A stretch of DNA of 64,000 bases from a virus (taxonomy: Duplodnaviria > Caudoviricetes), in IMG/VR virus record IMGVR_UViG_3300027974_001530, one strand, 5' to 3'. Every line of letters starts with the position of its first letter. The first letter of the stretch is position 1. Positions 44,504-55,328 of the stretch are shown piece after piece. A program made the translations under genes and the position numbers. The notes beneath the pieces are model-generated. The model did no database searches and was not told the origin of the DNA. It worked only from the letters and a program-made list of their open reading frames with translations.

Positions 44504-46585
44504 TTAAGAATCAAATCTACAATATTGGTCAAATAATGGGTCAGTTGTTAAATCAGGTTTATTAGCACTTACCCACTCGTCATATGAAAAAATTAATACT
44601 AAATCAACATCACTAGTGTTTGTGTAAGTAAATTTTAACATTGTCAAATCTTTTCCGTCTTTATTAACTTTTGTTTCTCCTTCATATTTAATGTCGGTAG
44701 CTAAAACTTTTTTCTTTATAAACTTAGAAATAACCGATTTTTCATATAACATTGTTTTAACTTTATCTATTTCGGCTGAAGGAACTTGTTGTTTAGTAAC
44801 AATAGGTGTTTTTGATCCTTCTTTAACAAAAACTATTTTTGATGGTATTGATGTTCTATCTGTTGTGTATGTACCATTTGAAGTATCATATGGTGTAACT
44901 GTTATTCCAGATATAACAGTTCTTGGGGATGAGTTATCCGTTGGGTTCTGAAAATAAGTAACATACGACTTGTTATCAACAGGGTGAAATATAAATTGAT
45001 CCATTACGATATCCGTCCAACCGTTTGAGTCTCTTAGATATTCTTTTAAATCTGCCTCAGAAACGTAAGCATAATCTTCAATCATTACGTCTATCATTTT
45101 CACCGCAGTTTCATAACCAATTCTTAAAATAGGTGCCGCCCCAAAAAGTCCGCCACCTAACATATCTTTACCGGTTTCATAACCAAGTCTCATTAAAAGT
45201 TCGCCACTTGTTTCACCAACTTTTGGTCCTTGATTGTACTCCCTAAGTTTATCGGCAAATTGTATTGTAAAAATAAGAGTGTTAAATCCCGCCCATCTTT
45301 TTAACATATCTTTAAATGTTCCAAATTTACCCGTATTTAAACTTTGACCAAATAATAGACTTTTAATTGTTGATATCCATTCTCCATTACTCATGTAAGC
45401 ATCCCACCCCATAAAGGACTTAGTATTAAAAAACCAATTACCTGACTTTTTAATGTCTTCAAAAACTGCGGTACTAATTGCATCAATATCCGACTCAGTT
45501 AAAGCCTTTCCTGTTCCAGCACCACCCCCAAGTTTTTTAAGTACTTGAGCGGTATTTGTGATTGTACCTTGTAAAGGTTGAAATTGTTCTCCAAGTTTGA
45601 TTCTATTTAAAAATTCATTTTCAATATTGTTCCAAAACTTATTGTATTTTTCAGGGTTTTTCTTTGCAATATTGTTTAAAATTCTACAAGCTCTTGTATC
45701 ACAACCAGCCAAACGTTCTTGAAACATTTTCTGAGCCTTTTGTTTTTGGTCTAATGGTATATCATTATTATTAATAACATCTTCAATCTCAAAATCTATT
45801 GTAATTGGTTCTTCTAAATCTCTTTTTAAAATAGTAAATTCCGCATCATCTATTAAGGCCATAATCTCATCTTCCTCTCTTGCAATAATATCAATATAAG
45901 AGTCAGGATCATTTTTTTCAAAGATTTCTTCTTGCAAATCGGCCAAATACTTCTTTACATTATCGGGAGCATCATCCGAAACTTTATTTAAATCTTGAGC
46001 TAAAATACCCCACATTTCTGGATTTGCATCAAAAATAGTAGATTTTTTAACACCACCTGATTTCTCAATTACCGCCAATAAATCTAATAAAGTTGCATTT
46101 TTATTATTAATTTGTACATTCTTAGACAACTGAACGGTTCTAAGCATTGACGCAACATCACCATCCATAGTTAAAAGAGTTTGTACATTAAGACCCGCCA
46201 ATCTTCTTTCTATATTTCTTGATGCCTTTGCTAATACTTTTTTTAAGTCATCACCACTATCTGTTAATGTTTTTCTTAATGATGCAACAACAAATGGATC
46301 AGTTAAATCACCAGCAATACGACCACCAAGTTCATTTTGAGCGTCTATAAGTTCCTTCATATAGATTTTTTCCTCATCGGCTAAGGTTTTATAGAATTCT
46401 GCCGCTTCTTCATTAGAATATCTAAAAAATTTCCTAACTAATTCTATCATTTCTTGTTTGGGACCTATAGCCGCCTCATTAATTAGTATTTTTTTTATTA
46501 AATTTCTTGATTCATTTAAAGGGTTAGTCTTAAACCCCATTAAATTTTTTATTCTGATTATTTCATTTATTTGATTTCTAACCAT
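44504..46585 (-). CDS. Large hypothetical protein, probably virion-associated
   Basis: 693 aa; INEIIRIKNLM N-terminal motif. Confidence 0.85.
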   Translation of the reverse strand: MVRNQINEIIRIKNLMGFKTNPLNESRNLIKKILINEAAIGPKQEMIELVRKFFRYSNEEAAEFYKTLADEEKIYMKELIDAQNELGGRIAGDLTDPFVVASLRKTLTDSGDDLKKVLAKASRNIERRLAGLNVQTLLTMDGDVASMLRTVQLSKNVQINNKNATLLDLLAVIEKSGGVKKSTIFDANPEMWGILAQDLNKVSDDAPDNVKKYLADLQEEIFEKNDPDSYIDIIAREEDEIMALIDDAEFTILKRDLEEPITIDFEIEDVINNNDIPLDQKQKAQKMFQERLAGCDTRACRILNNIAKKNPEKYNKFWNNIENEFLNRIKLGEQFQPLQGTITNTAQVLKKLGGGAGTGKALTESDIDAISTAVFEDIKKSGNWFFNTKSFMGWDAYMSNGEWISTIKSLLFGQSLNTGKFGTFKDMLKRWAGFNTLIFTIQFADKLREYNQGPKVGETSGELLMRLGYETGKDMLGGGLFGAAPILRIGYETAVKMIDVMIEDYAYVSEADLKEYLRDSNGWTDIVMDQFIFHPVDNKSYVTYFQNPTDNSSPRTVISGITVTPYDTSNGTYTTDRTSIPSKIVFVKEGSKTPIVTKQQVPSAEIDKVKTMLYEKSVISKFIKKKVLATDIKYEGETKVNKDGKDLTMLKFTYTNTSDVDLVLIFSYDEWVSANKPDLTTDPLFDQYCRFDS

Positions 46586-46652
46586 GACTTTTTTATTTTA
46601 TGTTTTATATAATAAATATGTTCTTATTTAATAATGTAATTAAATAAGGATT

Positions 46653-49127
46653 TTAATTTTCTACTTTTTCTTTTATTTTTTTAAAATATTTAGTTTTTCC
46701 AAGACTATCTTTAAATGTACAATATTCATAGTTAGGATCATTTAACGTACCGATTTCGCTTGCCTTAGTAATTTCAGTAAAACCTGGTTTATTACAAGAA
46801 CTATTTTTAAAATCAGAATATAAAGTTCCGTATTGTGCCCATAAATTTTTCATTAATGGGTGAGACAAAAAGTCAGGATAATCAAATTTTGGTATATTTT
46901 GATTTATAGGGTTAAACCATTTTTCACATAAGATGTTTCCTACCGCCCTATTAGGGTTAGGTACGGTTAATCCACCATCTATACCCTTTACCCAAAATTT
47001 ATTTTTTTGAGTTTCTTTTGTAAAAGGTGAAGTAATTTCAATATTATAATAGTATTGAAATTTATCGTTATAATTTAAGTAAGCCCAATTTAAAAACTCA
47101 CATATTTCTGATTTACCTTTAAGTACTGATCCGTTGGCCGGATCTAAATCAGGTCTACTGTTAATAAGTGAGTTTTTTGCAATATTTGAGTCAAAAATAG
47201 GAACACTAAGACTATTTCTAGTACCTGACTGTACTTGTTCACATTGATTAATATAGTTTAATAAACTTATTTGATATGATTTATAAATTGTGTCCGATAA
47301 AAATCTTGTTGGGTCTACCGTTCCGGACGCTCCCATCCTACATAAATCTTTATATACTTTTAATAGTTCGTTTGTTTTAGAATAAAATAACTTCCAATTA
47401 TCAGACTCCGAAGCTTTCCCAATTTCATCTGTTAATTTTTTTATCTTTGTCTGTATTTGATTAGCAACTTTAGTCCCAAATAGTCTTTCTGATTCTGATA
47501 TTCCTTTATCCACTCTTGCTTTCATTTCTGATGGTTTACCCAATTCACTATCACTTGAGAAAAATACTGCGAATATTATTCCTGCCACTCCCGCCATACC
47601 AAGAGAAAAACCTAAATTTTTAGCGGTAGATGGCCAATGAGACGGCATCTTCTTAATAGATCTTTTTTCTACCGCATTTAAAAATTCATAAGCCTTTTCT
47701 ATGTTACCGCCTTTTGCGTTTAATAAGGCTAGTTCTAATCCAGAATAAATTTTTCTTTCTATAATCTTAGTTCCATTTCTTGCGGTTGTTTCAGCTAAAG
47801 GTAATGCTTTTGAAATATAATCATATAATGCAGGGTCAGTAACCTTCAATCCGTCAAGCCATTGTTTAAATTCGGCAGGAGTTTGCATACCACCCGACTT
47901 ATTTTTTCTAACCAAATTTTCTATTGCTTCATCAAAAGATGCGGGTTTTTTTAAAAATTTATTAAATCTTCCTAATTCACCAAATGCGGGTATTAAACAC
48001 ATAAAAAGTATTAATCCTGCTTGTGAATCCATACCCCTATCGTGAAGGTATATTGATTCAGGAACTCCAATAATTGCCTCAGTAAATACCACAACAGAAA
48101 CTCTTACTGCGGTTGATGCGGCGGCGGACAATGCCAAACCCTCTACGGCAGCGGCGGCTAATCCTCCTGTTAATACCCCTAATAAAATTGCAACCCCTAT
48201 AGTAATTAAAGTACCTGAACTTGAGTCATACCATTTATCAAAATCTGATCTTCCACCTTCTTGTTCTATTTTTGCCCAAGAATATTCTTCTATATTATTT
48301 AACGGAGAAGACGATATTAGGTTGGCCAATTTTTCATTTTTTTCATTTTCAATATTTTCTAGATCTCTGTTCAGTTTTGCCTCTCTTTCCATCTGTTGGA
48401 CATTATAAGGTTCGTATTCAGAATCAAAAACTTCTAATAACATATCATTTTTATTGTTTTTAGATTCTTGTATGTTTCCAACATTATTAATATAAAAATA
48501 TCCGGACGATTTAAAATTTGAATAAAGGTCCCACCCCCTATTTTCACTACTAATACTTCCAACAGAAATCAAACCTTCACTAGTTAATTGTAAAGTTTTA
48601 ATTGCTAAATTTGGGTCTTTTAGTTGGAATAGTAAAGTATAAATTTTATTCCCGTAAGCGTTTGGTTTATCACACTCATTAACTTTTTTAATTGAGAAAA
48701 TGCAGTTTGAAAATTGTTCAAACCATTCTTTTTTTGGTAAATATATCCTAATAGGGGAGTCTTTTGAAGGTTTTATATAAGTCCCGTCTTCATCCTCAAA
48801 TAAATCCTCACCTGGAACAAACCCCATTTTTTCTAATCCCATAATTTTCCATACAGGATCACTAAGATTAATTTTTGAATATGTATAACATTTCCCAACC
48901 ATCATATTAGGAACAAAATATCCCATAGGTATGTTATTTTTTCCCGTTTCTAAAAAAGTTTGTCTATTAAAAATACTGTCTTCAGGTGCAGTATTAGGAT
49001 TAAAGAAGTTCATAATGCCTTGAGCGGCAGATAATCCAGTTGGACCTACTCCAATTGGAAGTGCCTCATTAATAGTCATTAATGATTTAATATTTTCTAT
49101 TTCTTCGTTTAATTTATTTTTACTCAT
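46653..49127 (-). CDS. Large hypothetical protein with Gly/Ala-rich hydrophobic hairpin
   Basis: 824 aa; LNEEIENIKSLMTINE motif; TLITIGVAILLGVLTGGLAAAA segment. Confidence 0.85.
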   Translation of the reverse strand: MSKNKLNEEIENIKSLMTINEALPIGVGPTGLSAAQGIMNFFNPNTAPEDSIFNRQTFLETGKNNIPMGYFVPNMMVGKCYTYSKINLSDPVWKIMGLEKMGFVPGEDLFEDEDGTYIKPSKDSPIRIYLPKKEWFEQFSNCIFSIKKVNECDKPNAYGNKIYTLLFQLKDPNLAIKTLQLTSEGLISVGSISSENRGWDLYSNFKSSGYFYINNVGNIQESKNNKNDMLLEVFDSEYEPYNVQQMEREAKLNRDLENIENEKNEKLANLISSSPLNNIEEYSWAKIEQEGGRSDFDKWYDSSSGTLITIGVAILLGVLTGGLAAAAVEGLALSAAASTAVRVSVVVFTEAIIGVPESIYLHDRGMDSQAGLILFMCLIPAFGELGRFNKFLKKPASFDEAIENLVRKNKSGGMQTPAEFKQWLDGLKVTDPALYDYISKALPLAETTARNGTKIIERKIYSGLELALLNAKGGNIEKAYEFLNAVEKRSIKKMPSHWPSTAKNLGFSLGMAGVAGIIFAVFFSSDSELGKPSEMKARVDKGISESERLFGTKVANQIQTKIKKLTDEIGKASESDNWKLFYSKTNELLKVYKDLCRMGASGTVDPTRFLSDTIYKSYQISLLNYINQCEQVQSGTRNSLSVPIFDSNIAKNSLINSRPDLDPANGSVLKGKSEICEFLNWAYLNYNDKFQYYYNIEITSPFTKETQKNKFWVKGIDGGLTVPNPNRAVGNILCEKWFNPINQNIPKFDYPDFLSHPLMKNLWAQYGTLYSDFKNSSCNKPGFTEITKASEIGTLNDPNYEYCTFKDSLGKTKYFKKIKEKVEN

Positions 49128-50878
49128 TATCCAAATCTTTTAAAGTTAGTTCCACTATTGGACGGTAATATAAACCCTTGTTTTATTGAGTTTATCATTT
49201 TTTGATTCATCATTTCTACCGCAGCAATTTGTTCATCAATACTCAATTCACCTGTGACCTGTGTTTTTTGATCAGGTCCCTGTTTTCCCCAAAGTTCGGT
49301 GTGATCGTATTTTTTTAAACCATTATAATTTATTTCTTTTAATTTTTTTAATTCATCAACTGTTGCCGTATTAAAATTTAAAACTTTAATTGATTTCGGT
49401 ATTTTTTCAACACCAATTCGATATAAAGGTTTTGTTGCGGGATGTTTCTTTGGAGTACCTTTTAACCAAGACATAGATAATTTATCTTCTGTATAGGCAT
49501 TATCAAAAGCCTCAACTAACTCATCCCAAGCACCCGTAAACCAAGGTAATAAAATTTCTTTATTTGAGTTTACGTCATTTTTTATTACTTCTTGTTCACT
49601 TTTTACCCATATTAAACCATCCTCAAATTTTTTTTTATCAATAAAATCATCTATTTTAGGTTCATAAACTCTATTAATATAACTTTCTGTTCTATCATTC
49701 CATTCGTTGTCCAAACCGTATTTACCTGTGGAATCTTTTGTGTATAAATCCCCCTCAAGAGAATCATAAAAATCAACTTTAGATTTATAAATTAAATTCC
49801 AATCCACACTTAAATTTCCTTTTAATTTAAATTCCTGTAAAGATAAACCCATACTACTTGGTGATAACGCATTCGGTGGGTTATCCCAAGAATCTGTACC
49901 AAGACTACTATCTCTTAATATGTTCTCAACTTTTACAACTCCTGAAAAATTTGAGGCTTCACTTCCTGGTTTATTGCACTTGTTTGTATCAAATATACCT
50001 GTATATGGATCTTTTACTTTTGATTGACCTTCCTCAATATAACCAACAAACCTATTAAACCAAGGAAACCAATTGTCTGTCATACAACCAACATATGTTT
50101 TATCACCTTTTTTAAATTTTAATACGGAATTATTGTTAACACCTGTTGAAAATACAGACTGCCATGCATACCTTAAACATAAATTATAATCTATTGGGGT
50201 ACAGTCGGGGTCATATGTAAATTTGGTTAAATTATATGAATTTCCATTTTTTAATGTAATTGGATTTAGTAATTTCTTTTGATAAAGATATTCAACTTTG
50301 TTTTTATCTTTATCACTTACAACTTTTACTTTTTTTGATTTACATCTGGTGTTAGAGGATGACGAAACGTAATAATCCCAATCATCCGAATATCCAGCAT
50401 CATATTTTGGGTACCTTCCTGATAATTTCATACATTGTGAACCAAAATAATTTATGGCTTTTGATTCGTTATATGACTCATTAACTTTAGCCCACTCTAG
50501 TGGTGTTATTTTTGATTTGTTATAATCTTCTTGTGTTTGATATAACGTTTCATTAGGGACTACACTATTAATACTTATTAATTGATTTTGCATGGATTCT
50601 TTTGGTAGAGAGTTTGACTTATTTGTATTTTTCCAAGCAATATCTTTTAAAAAAGATCCTGAGATATTTTTAAAATTATCATCTTGGATTTTTTTCCAAT
50701 AATCCCCTTTATCGTAATATCCGGCATTTTCTAAACCTTTTTCAAGACCTTTACGTTTTAAATATTCGCTTTCATAGTCTTCAGAAATATTTAATAGTTT
50801 TTGTTCTGTCACATGTTTAGACCTATCGTAATTTATTAGTCTTAAAGAATTTAATATTATGTTGTCAATATTTTTCAT
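49127..50878 (-). CDS. Large hypothetical protein, probably virion-associated
   Basis: 583 aa; translationally coupled to neighbours. Confidence 0.85.
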   Translation of the reverse strand: MKNIDNIILNSLRLINYDRSKHVTEQKLLNISEDYESEYLKRKGLEKGLENAGYYDKGDYWKKIQDDNFKNISGSFLKDIAWKNTNKSNSLPKESMQNQLISINSVVPNETLYQTQEDYNKSKITPLEWAKVNESYNESKAINYFGSQCMKLSGRYPKYDAGYSDDWDYYVSSSSNTRCKSKKVKVVSDKDKNKVEYLYQKKLLNPITLKNGNSYNLTKFTYDPDCTPIDYNLCLRYAWQSVFSTGVNNNSVLKFKKGDKTYVGCMTDNWFPWFNRFVGYIEEGQSKVKDPYTGIFDTNKCNKPGSEASNFSGVVKVENILRDSSLGTDSWDNPPNALSPSSMGLSLQEFKLKGNLSVDWNLIYKSKVDFYDSLEGDLYTKDSTGKYGLDNEWNDRTESYINRVYEPKIDDFIDKKKFEDGLIWVKSEQEVIKNDVNSNKEILLPWFTGAWDELVEAFDNAYTEDKLSMSWLKGTPKKHPATKPLYRIGVEKIPKSIKVLNFNTATVDELKKLKEINYNGLKKYDHTELWGKQGPDQKTQVTGELSIDEQIAAVEMMNQKMINSIKQGFILPSNSGTNFKRFG

Positions 50879-51120
50879 AATAATGTATTCGCCTTTCCTC
50901 TTGTTATTTTATAAAGGTCTTTCCATTTAGACTTACTGTCTATTTGGTTGGCCACACTTCTTGCCAATCCTGTCTCCCATTTAGTTACAGTAGGGTATGG
51001 TGCTGAGGATCCTCCTCCACCTCCACCTCCGGCTTCATCTTGTTCTCCTAATTCTCCATTCTCAGAAGAATCAAAAGTATAATCAGACATTAATCTCATT
51101 ATTTGATTTAAGTCGGTCAA
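50875..51120 (-). CDS. Hypothetical protein
   Basis: 81 aa; poly-Gly linker; KWETGLAR..AN. Confidence 0.7.
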   Translation of the reverse strand: MTDLNQIMRLMSDYTFDSSENGELGEQDEAGGGGGGGSSAPYPTVTKWETGLARSVANQIDSKSKWKDLYKITRGKANTLL

Positions 51121-51422
51121 AATAAATCAGATTTAGGTAATTTATTGGGATAAACAATGTAATACTCATTTAAATAGGCCAATAACATTTCTTCATCTAC
51201 CGTAGCAAAATCATCAAAATCTTCATCAAAATCTTCATCTTCATCTAAATCAAAAAAATTAGAATCTTCGGTTATAATGTCATAACCAAATTCTTTTGCT
51301 TCTTCTAATTTTAGAACATCATGTCTTATCTCATCTTCAGAATCTATCGTTAATCTAAATGAAACATCAAGTCTTTTTGTGTCTTGATCAAAATAATATG
51401 ATGAGATTTCTTTTATTTCCAT
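51117..51422 (-). CDS. Hypothetical acidic protein
   Basis: ORF track. Confidence 0.75.
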   Translation of the reverse strand: MEIKEISSYYFDQDTKRLDVSFRLTIDSEDEIRHDVLKLEEAKEFGYDIITEDSNFFDLDEDEDFDEDFDDFATVDEEMLLAYLNEYYIVYPNKLPKSDLF

Positions 51423-51871
51423 TAATTATATTTTTTAAACCTTTTAAACATATTTAAAGATTCATGAACATTATCTTTTAAAGGCTCTTGTTCGTCCTCA
51501 TCAATTTCAGTATATAAATCAAACTCATTAATTTCTTCACCTAATTCATCTTCTGAAGACATTAATTGGTTAACCCAATCAGTATCATCCTCATCTTTAT
51601 AATCGTTAAAATCTAAACCAATATTACGTTTTAACCCTACATTGTCAATAGGTATATTAGTTTCGTTAATATTAACGTTAGTGTAGTTTTTAACAACACC
51701 TTTGTTTGATACTGTAATTCCATTTTTGTCATTTGCAAAATCTTGGACGTATAGTGGTTGATTATTTATTGATTGACCGTACTTGGTAACAAAACCATCA
51801 TAAACTGTCTTATGTTTATCTAAAATGTTTTGTTTTTCTTGTTTGTTAATATTTAAAAAGTAATTTCCCAT
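51422..51871 (-). CDS. Hypothetical protein
   Basis: ORF track; INKQEKQNILDKH N-terminal variant. Confidence 0.75.
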   Translation of the reverse strand: MGNYFLNINKQEKQNILDKHKTVYDGFVTKYGQSINNQPLYVQDFANDKNGITVSNKGVVKNYTNVNINETNIPIDNVGLKRNIGLDFNDYKDEDDTDWVNQLMSSEDELGEEINEFDLYTEIDEDEQEPLKDNVHESLNMFKRFKKYN

Positions 51872-51897
51872 AATTTAATTTTATTATAAATACTTTA

Positions 51898-52608
51898 TTA
51901 ACGCATAAATTTACTACCACCTTTCATTTTGGCATATAGTTGAAATAGGTCAGTCGCATCTTGCTGAACTTTTCTTTCCAAACCTCTCATATTATCTGCA
52001 CCAGTTACGGAATAGGCACCTCTAATGATCATGTTCTTGATCTTATCTGAATTTTCAAGAACATAATCATAATTTTCTTGTCTTTCCTCACTATCAAAGT
52101 CTTCAAAGTAGTGTTGGTGATAAATTCTATCTCTACCCATATATAGGTATGGTGAAGACCCATTCATATTTACAATACTAGAGATTCTAAGAGCCTCTAA
52201 ATATTTGTATATTTCGGCAATATTATATAACTCAGATAACCTTACAAACTCTTCAGGTATTTTTTTTTTTGACTCTTTTATAATCTGACCTTTTGTTAAC
52301 GTTATAAAATTTTCCTCTATTCGATCTTCATTTGAAGACTCGTCATACTCTTCGTCAACGATTCTAAACCAATTATCCAACCTTTTACCTGTTTCAGGAT
52401 TAATATCATCAATTAATGATAATGAACCAATAACAGTTCCATTAGGTGTTTTCCACTCAACGCCATAAATTTTACTTCCTTGTACGTTACTAACAAATTT
52501 AACCTTACCCATCATTGATGGAGGTATTTTATAAGGATCGGTCATACTTATTAACTGAACCGAGTCGCCAACTTCCAAGTCAGCATTTAACAATTTTTTC
52601 TTTCCCAT
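51898..52608 (-). CDS. Hypothetical protein with DUF4314-like N-terminus
   Basis: GDSVQLISMTDPY..G.V..V....V.W..LSLI. Confidence 0.7.
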   Translation of the reverse strand: MGKKKLLNADLEVGDSVQLISMTDPYKIPPSMMGKVKFVSNVQGSKIYGVEWKTPNGTVIGSLSLIDDINPETGKRLDNWFRIVDEEYDESSNEDRIEENFITLTKGQIIKESKKKIPEEFVRLSELYNIAEIYKYLEALRISSIVNMNGSSPYLYMGRDRIYHQHYFEDFDSEERQENYDYVLENSDKIKNMIIRGAYSVTGADNMRGLERKVQQDATDLFQLYAKMKGGSKFMR

Positions 52609-52643
52609 ATAAATAAATATTACGATATATTTATTAATTAACC

Positions 52644-53264
52644 ATGAATATAATAATTACGGAATCTCAATATAAATATATTTTACTCGAGGAGTCAAGC
52701 AACGGTATTATAAAAACTTTAAATGGTTTAAAATCATTCACATCTAAAGTACTTAAAACCTCCGAAAAACAAATTGGTTTTGATCTTGGATTTTTAATAA
52801 CTTGGGGGTCGACCATTGGTGGATTTATTGGTCCTATTTCTGATTTTGTTAAAAACGAGTCTGTAAATATTAATGATACGGATCTTTTTTTAATATTAAG
52901 TGGTGTTATATTGACTTATTTTTCATCAAATAAACAAAAATTAAATAAGGTTTTATTGGCAATAAAAGATCGTGGATTAGTTAATCTATTTGATAAAACT
53001 TTATCTAAATCTGAAAATTTAGAAAAAGTATTTTTATCGTTTATTGATAGTTTAGGTATTACAACACATAAAATAAGTAATATGATTGCTTATGCGTTTC
53101 TAATACCTATAATACCACAATTATATGAAATATCTCTTACAAATATGGGTGAATCAGAAATTAACGAATTAACAAAAAGATTAGTTTCATTTGGTGGAAT
53201 AACAATTTCTGGTGTGGTTGTAAGAGAATTAATTAAAAAAATAATAAATAGATTTAAATCTTAA
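52644..53264 (+). CDS. Hypothetical membrane protein
   Basis: Hydrophobic segments; MNIIITESQY..LLE N-terminus. Confidence 0.75.
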   Translation: MNIIITESQYKYILLEESSNGIIKTLNGLKSFTSKVLKTSEKQIGFDLGFLITWGSTIGGFIGPISDFVKNESVNINDTDLFLILSGVILTYFSSNKQKLNKVLLAIKDRGLVNLFDKTLSKSENLEKVFLSFIDSLGITTHKISNMIAYAFLIPIIPQLYEISLTNMGESEINELTKRLVSFGGITISGVVVRELIKKIINRFKS

Positions 53265-53265
53265 T

Positions 53266-53676
53266 TTAAAATTTATTATTGGGGTCAATAAATAGACCAA
53301 AAGATAACTTTTGGATCTCTGAAAATTTATAAGTTATTTCCGATAATAAAACCCCTCTTGTAGTATTCCCATTTACTATGTCCAATTTTGAGGTTACTTC
53401 AAATCTTGACCCATTTATAATTTTATCGTTATAGTTTTTAATGGTGTCAGCAAGAGAATCTATATAAAAATCACAATCATCACAATCAATAGATTTTAGG
53501 TCTATGTTAAAAATTAGTTCATGAAAAATATCAAGTTTTTGATCATAAGAATAATCATCTAATTCTATTTTAACTCCCTCATTTCCAAATTCAGATAATA
53601 ATTTAGATCTTATTAATACTAATCTTTTAATGTCTTCTATTTTTTGTATGTATTTTTGTGGAAATATTCTTGCCAT
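53266..53676 (-). CDS. Hypothetical protein
   Basis: ORF track. Confidence 0.65.
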   Translation of the reverse strand: MARIFPQKYIQKIEDIKRLVLIRSKLLSEFGNEGVKIELDDYSYDQKLDIFHELIFNIDLKSIDCDDCDFYIDSLADTIKNYNDKIINGSRFEVTSKLDIVNGNTTRGVLLSEITYKFSEIQKLSFGLFIDPNNKF

Positions 53677-53677
53677 T

Positions 53678-54403
53678 TTATTTGTTATTCATTAATATAT
53701 TTATAACATCTTCCATTTCTTTATTACTTAATCTATGAATATCTTTGTGTTTATCAAACCAGTTTTTAACCACCATTTCATATGGTTTTTTTGCGATTTT
53801 TGATAATCTCTTGAACCCAAATACTTGAGCATCAATTTCATGTGGTTGTGTGTAATATTCGTAAGGATCCTCTTCTTCAGGACCATCTAAATCAAAAGTT
53901 TCTTTATTTCTTTGATCAATATGTCTTATTTCATGAGCAACCACTTGGTTTAACTCACCAACTAAATCATATAGTATTTTATTTTTTACATCAGGATTAT
54001 AATCTATTATAATTTCTATTATATCATCACTACCCCAGTAATTTCCATCAACGATAAAATCATCAACATCAAAGTTGGGGTTTATAATCACTTCAACGGA
54101 TAAGTTGTTTTCAAAATTAGTGAAATTATAAAAATCTTTATCATCATTTATGTAGTTGGGTAAATAAAATTCACCGTCTTCCTCTTGTTTAAATACTGAG
54201 ATGATATCTTTTACAATAACTCTTATGACTTCCCTACGTCTATTGTTCTCAAGTAACAGATCATTATATTTCATATTAATAAATATTAGTGTTGATTGTA
54301 TTTTTAATAATACGTATTTTTTTATAGAAGGTAAATTAATGAAACTATTAAACAAATAGAAAGTACTAAAAATGAAAAACAAATTTGATTTCGAAGACAT
54401 CAC
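53678..54403 (-). CDS. Putative zincin-like metalloprotease (true start probably MKYNDLLLE)
   Basis: AHEIRH (HExxH) and downstream HEIDA. Confidence 0.6.
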   Translation of the reverse strand: MMSSKSNLFFIFSTFYLFNSFINLPSIKKYVLLKIQSTLIFINMKYNDLLLENNRRREVIRVIVKDIISVFKQEEDGEFYLPNYINDDKDFYNFTNFENNLSVEVIINPNFDVDDFIVDGNYWGSDDIIEIIIDYNPDVKNKILYDLVGELNQVVAHEIRHIDQRNKETFDLDGPEEEDPYEYYTQPHEIDAQVFGFKRLSKIAKKPYEMVVKNWFDKHKDIHRLSNKEMEDVINILMNNK

Positions 54404-55328
54404 ACTTATCCCACAATTTAGTTATGTGGATAGTAGGTCTGAATGCAACACAACTTGTGAGTTTGGTAAATTTAAATTTAAATTACCTGTGGTTCCTGCA
54501 AACATGGAAAGTATAATAGATGTTAGTTTGGCAATTAAACTCGCTGAGGAGGGTTATTTTTACATTCTACATAGGTTTAATATTGATGAGGTTGAGTTTG
54601 TTAAAACAATGAAAGAACTAAATCTTATCTCATCAATTTCTATTGGTGTGAATGATGACTCATATGGGTTAATTGATTATTTGGCATCGAAAGACCTTAT
54701 CCCTGATTTTATTACAATTGACATTGCACACGGACATTCAATTAAAATGAAAAAAATGGTCAGTTATATTAAAAATAAGATGTCTGATGTTTTTCTTATT
54801 GGTGGTAATGTTTGTACTCCTGACGCAGTTAAAGATCTAACAGAGTGGGGATGTGATGCAATTAAGTGTGGAATTGGTGGTGGGTCAGCCTGTACTACCT
54901 ACCATTCAACAGGATTTGGCAATCGAGGGTGGCAAGCAAACATGATTGAGTGGTGTAGTAGAGAGTCAAAAGTTCCAATAATTGCGGATGGATCAATTAA
55001 AGAACATTCTGATATTGTTAAAAGTTTGGTTTTAGGGGCGTCTATGGTTATGGTTGGGGGTATGTTTGCCGGTTATGACGAATCTCCAGGAAAACTGATC
55101 GAGAGTGGTGATTCTTTATTTGTTGAGTTTTGGGGTAGTGCCTCCTCATCTCAGACAGGCAAAACCAACAGAATAGAGGGTATTAGAAAATTAATACCAT
55201 ATAAAGAGAAATCAATTTTTAGTAAATTAAATGATATACAGGAGTCTCTACAAAGTGCAATTTCTTATGGGGGAGGAAACCCAAAAACTTTAGATTGTTT
55301 AAATACAGTAGAATACGTGATTAAATAA
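54372..55328 (+). CDS. guaC: GMP reductase (GuaC type)
   Basis: PVVPANM, ITIDIAHG, GNVCT, KCGIGGGSACTT, IIADG, ESPG; no CBS domains. Confidence 0.88.
   Translation: MKNKFDFEDITLIPQFSYVDSRSECNTTCEFGKFKFKLPVVPANMESIIDVSLAIKLAEEGYFYILHRFNIDEVEFVKTMKELNLISSISIGVNDDSYGLIDYLASKDLIPDFITIDIAHGHSIKMKKMVSYIKNKMSDVFLIGGNVCTPDAVKDLTEWGCDAIKCGIGGGSACTTYHSTGFGNRGWQANMIEWCSRESKVPIIADGSIKEHSDIVKSLVLGASMVMVGGMFAGYDESPGKLIESGDSLFVEFWGSASSSQTGKTNRIEGIRKLIPYKEKSIFSKLNDIQESLQSAISYGGGNPKTLDCLNTVEYVIK

Noticed and set aside
54372-55328. IMP dehydrogenase assignment
   Set aside because: Length, lack of CBS domains and IDIAHG context fit GuaC better
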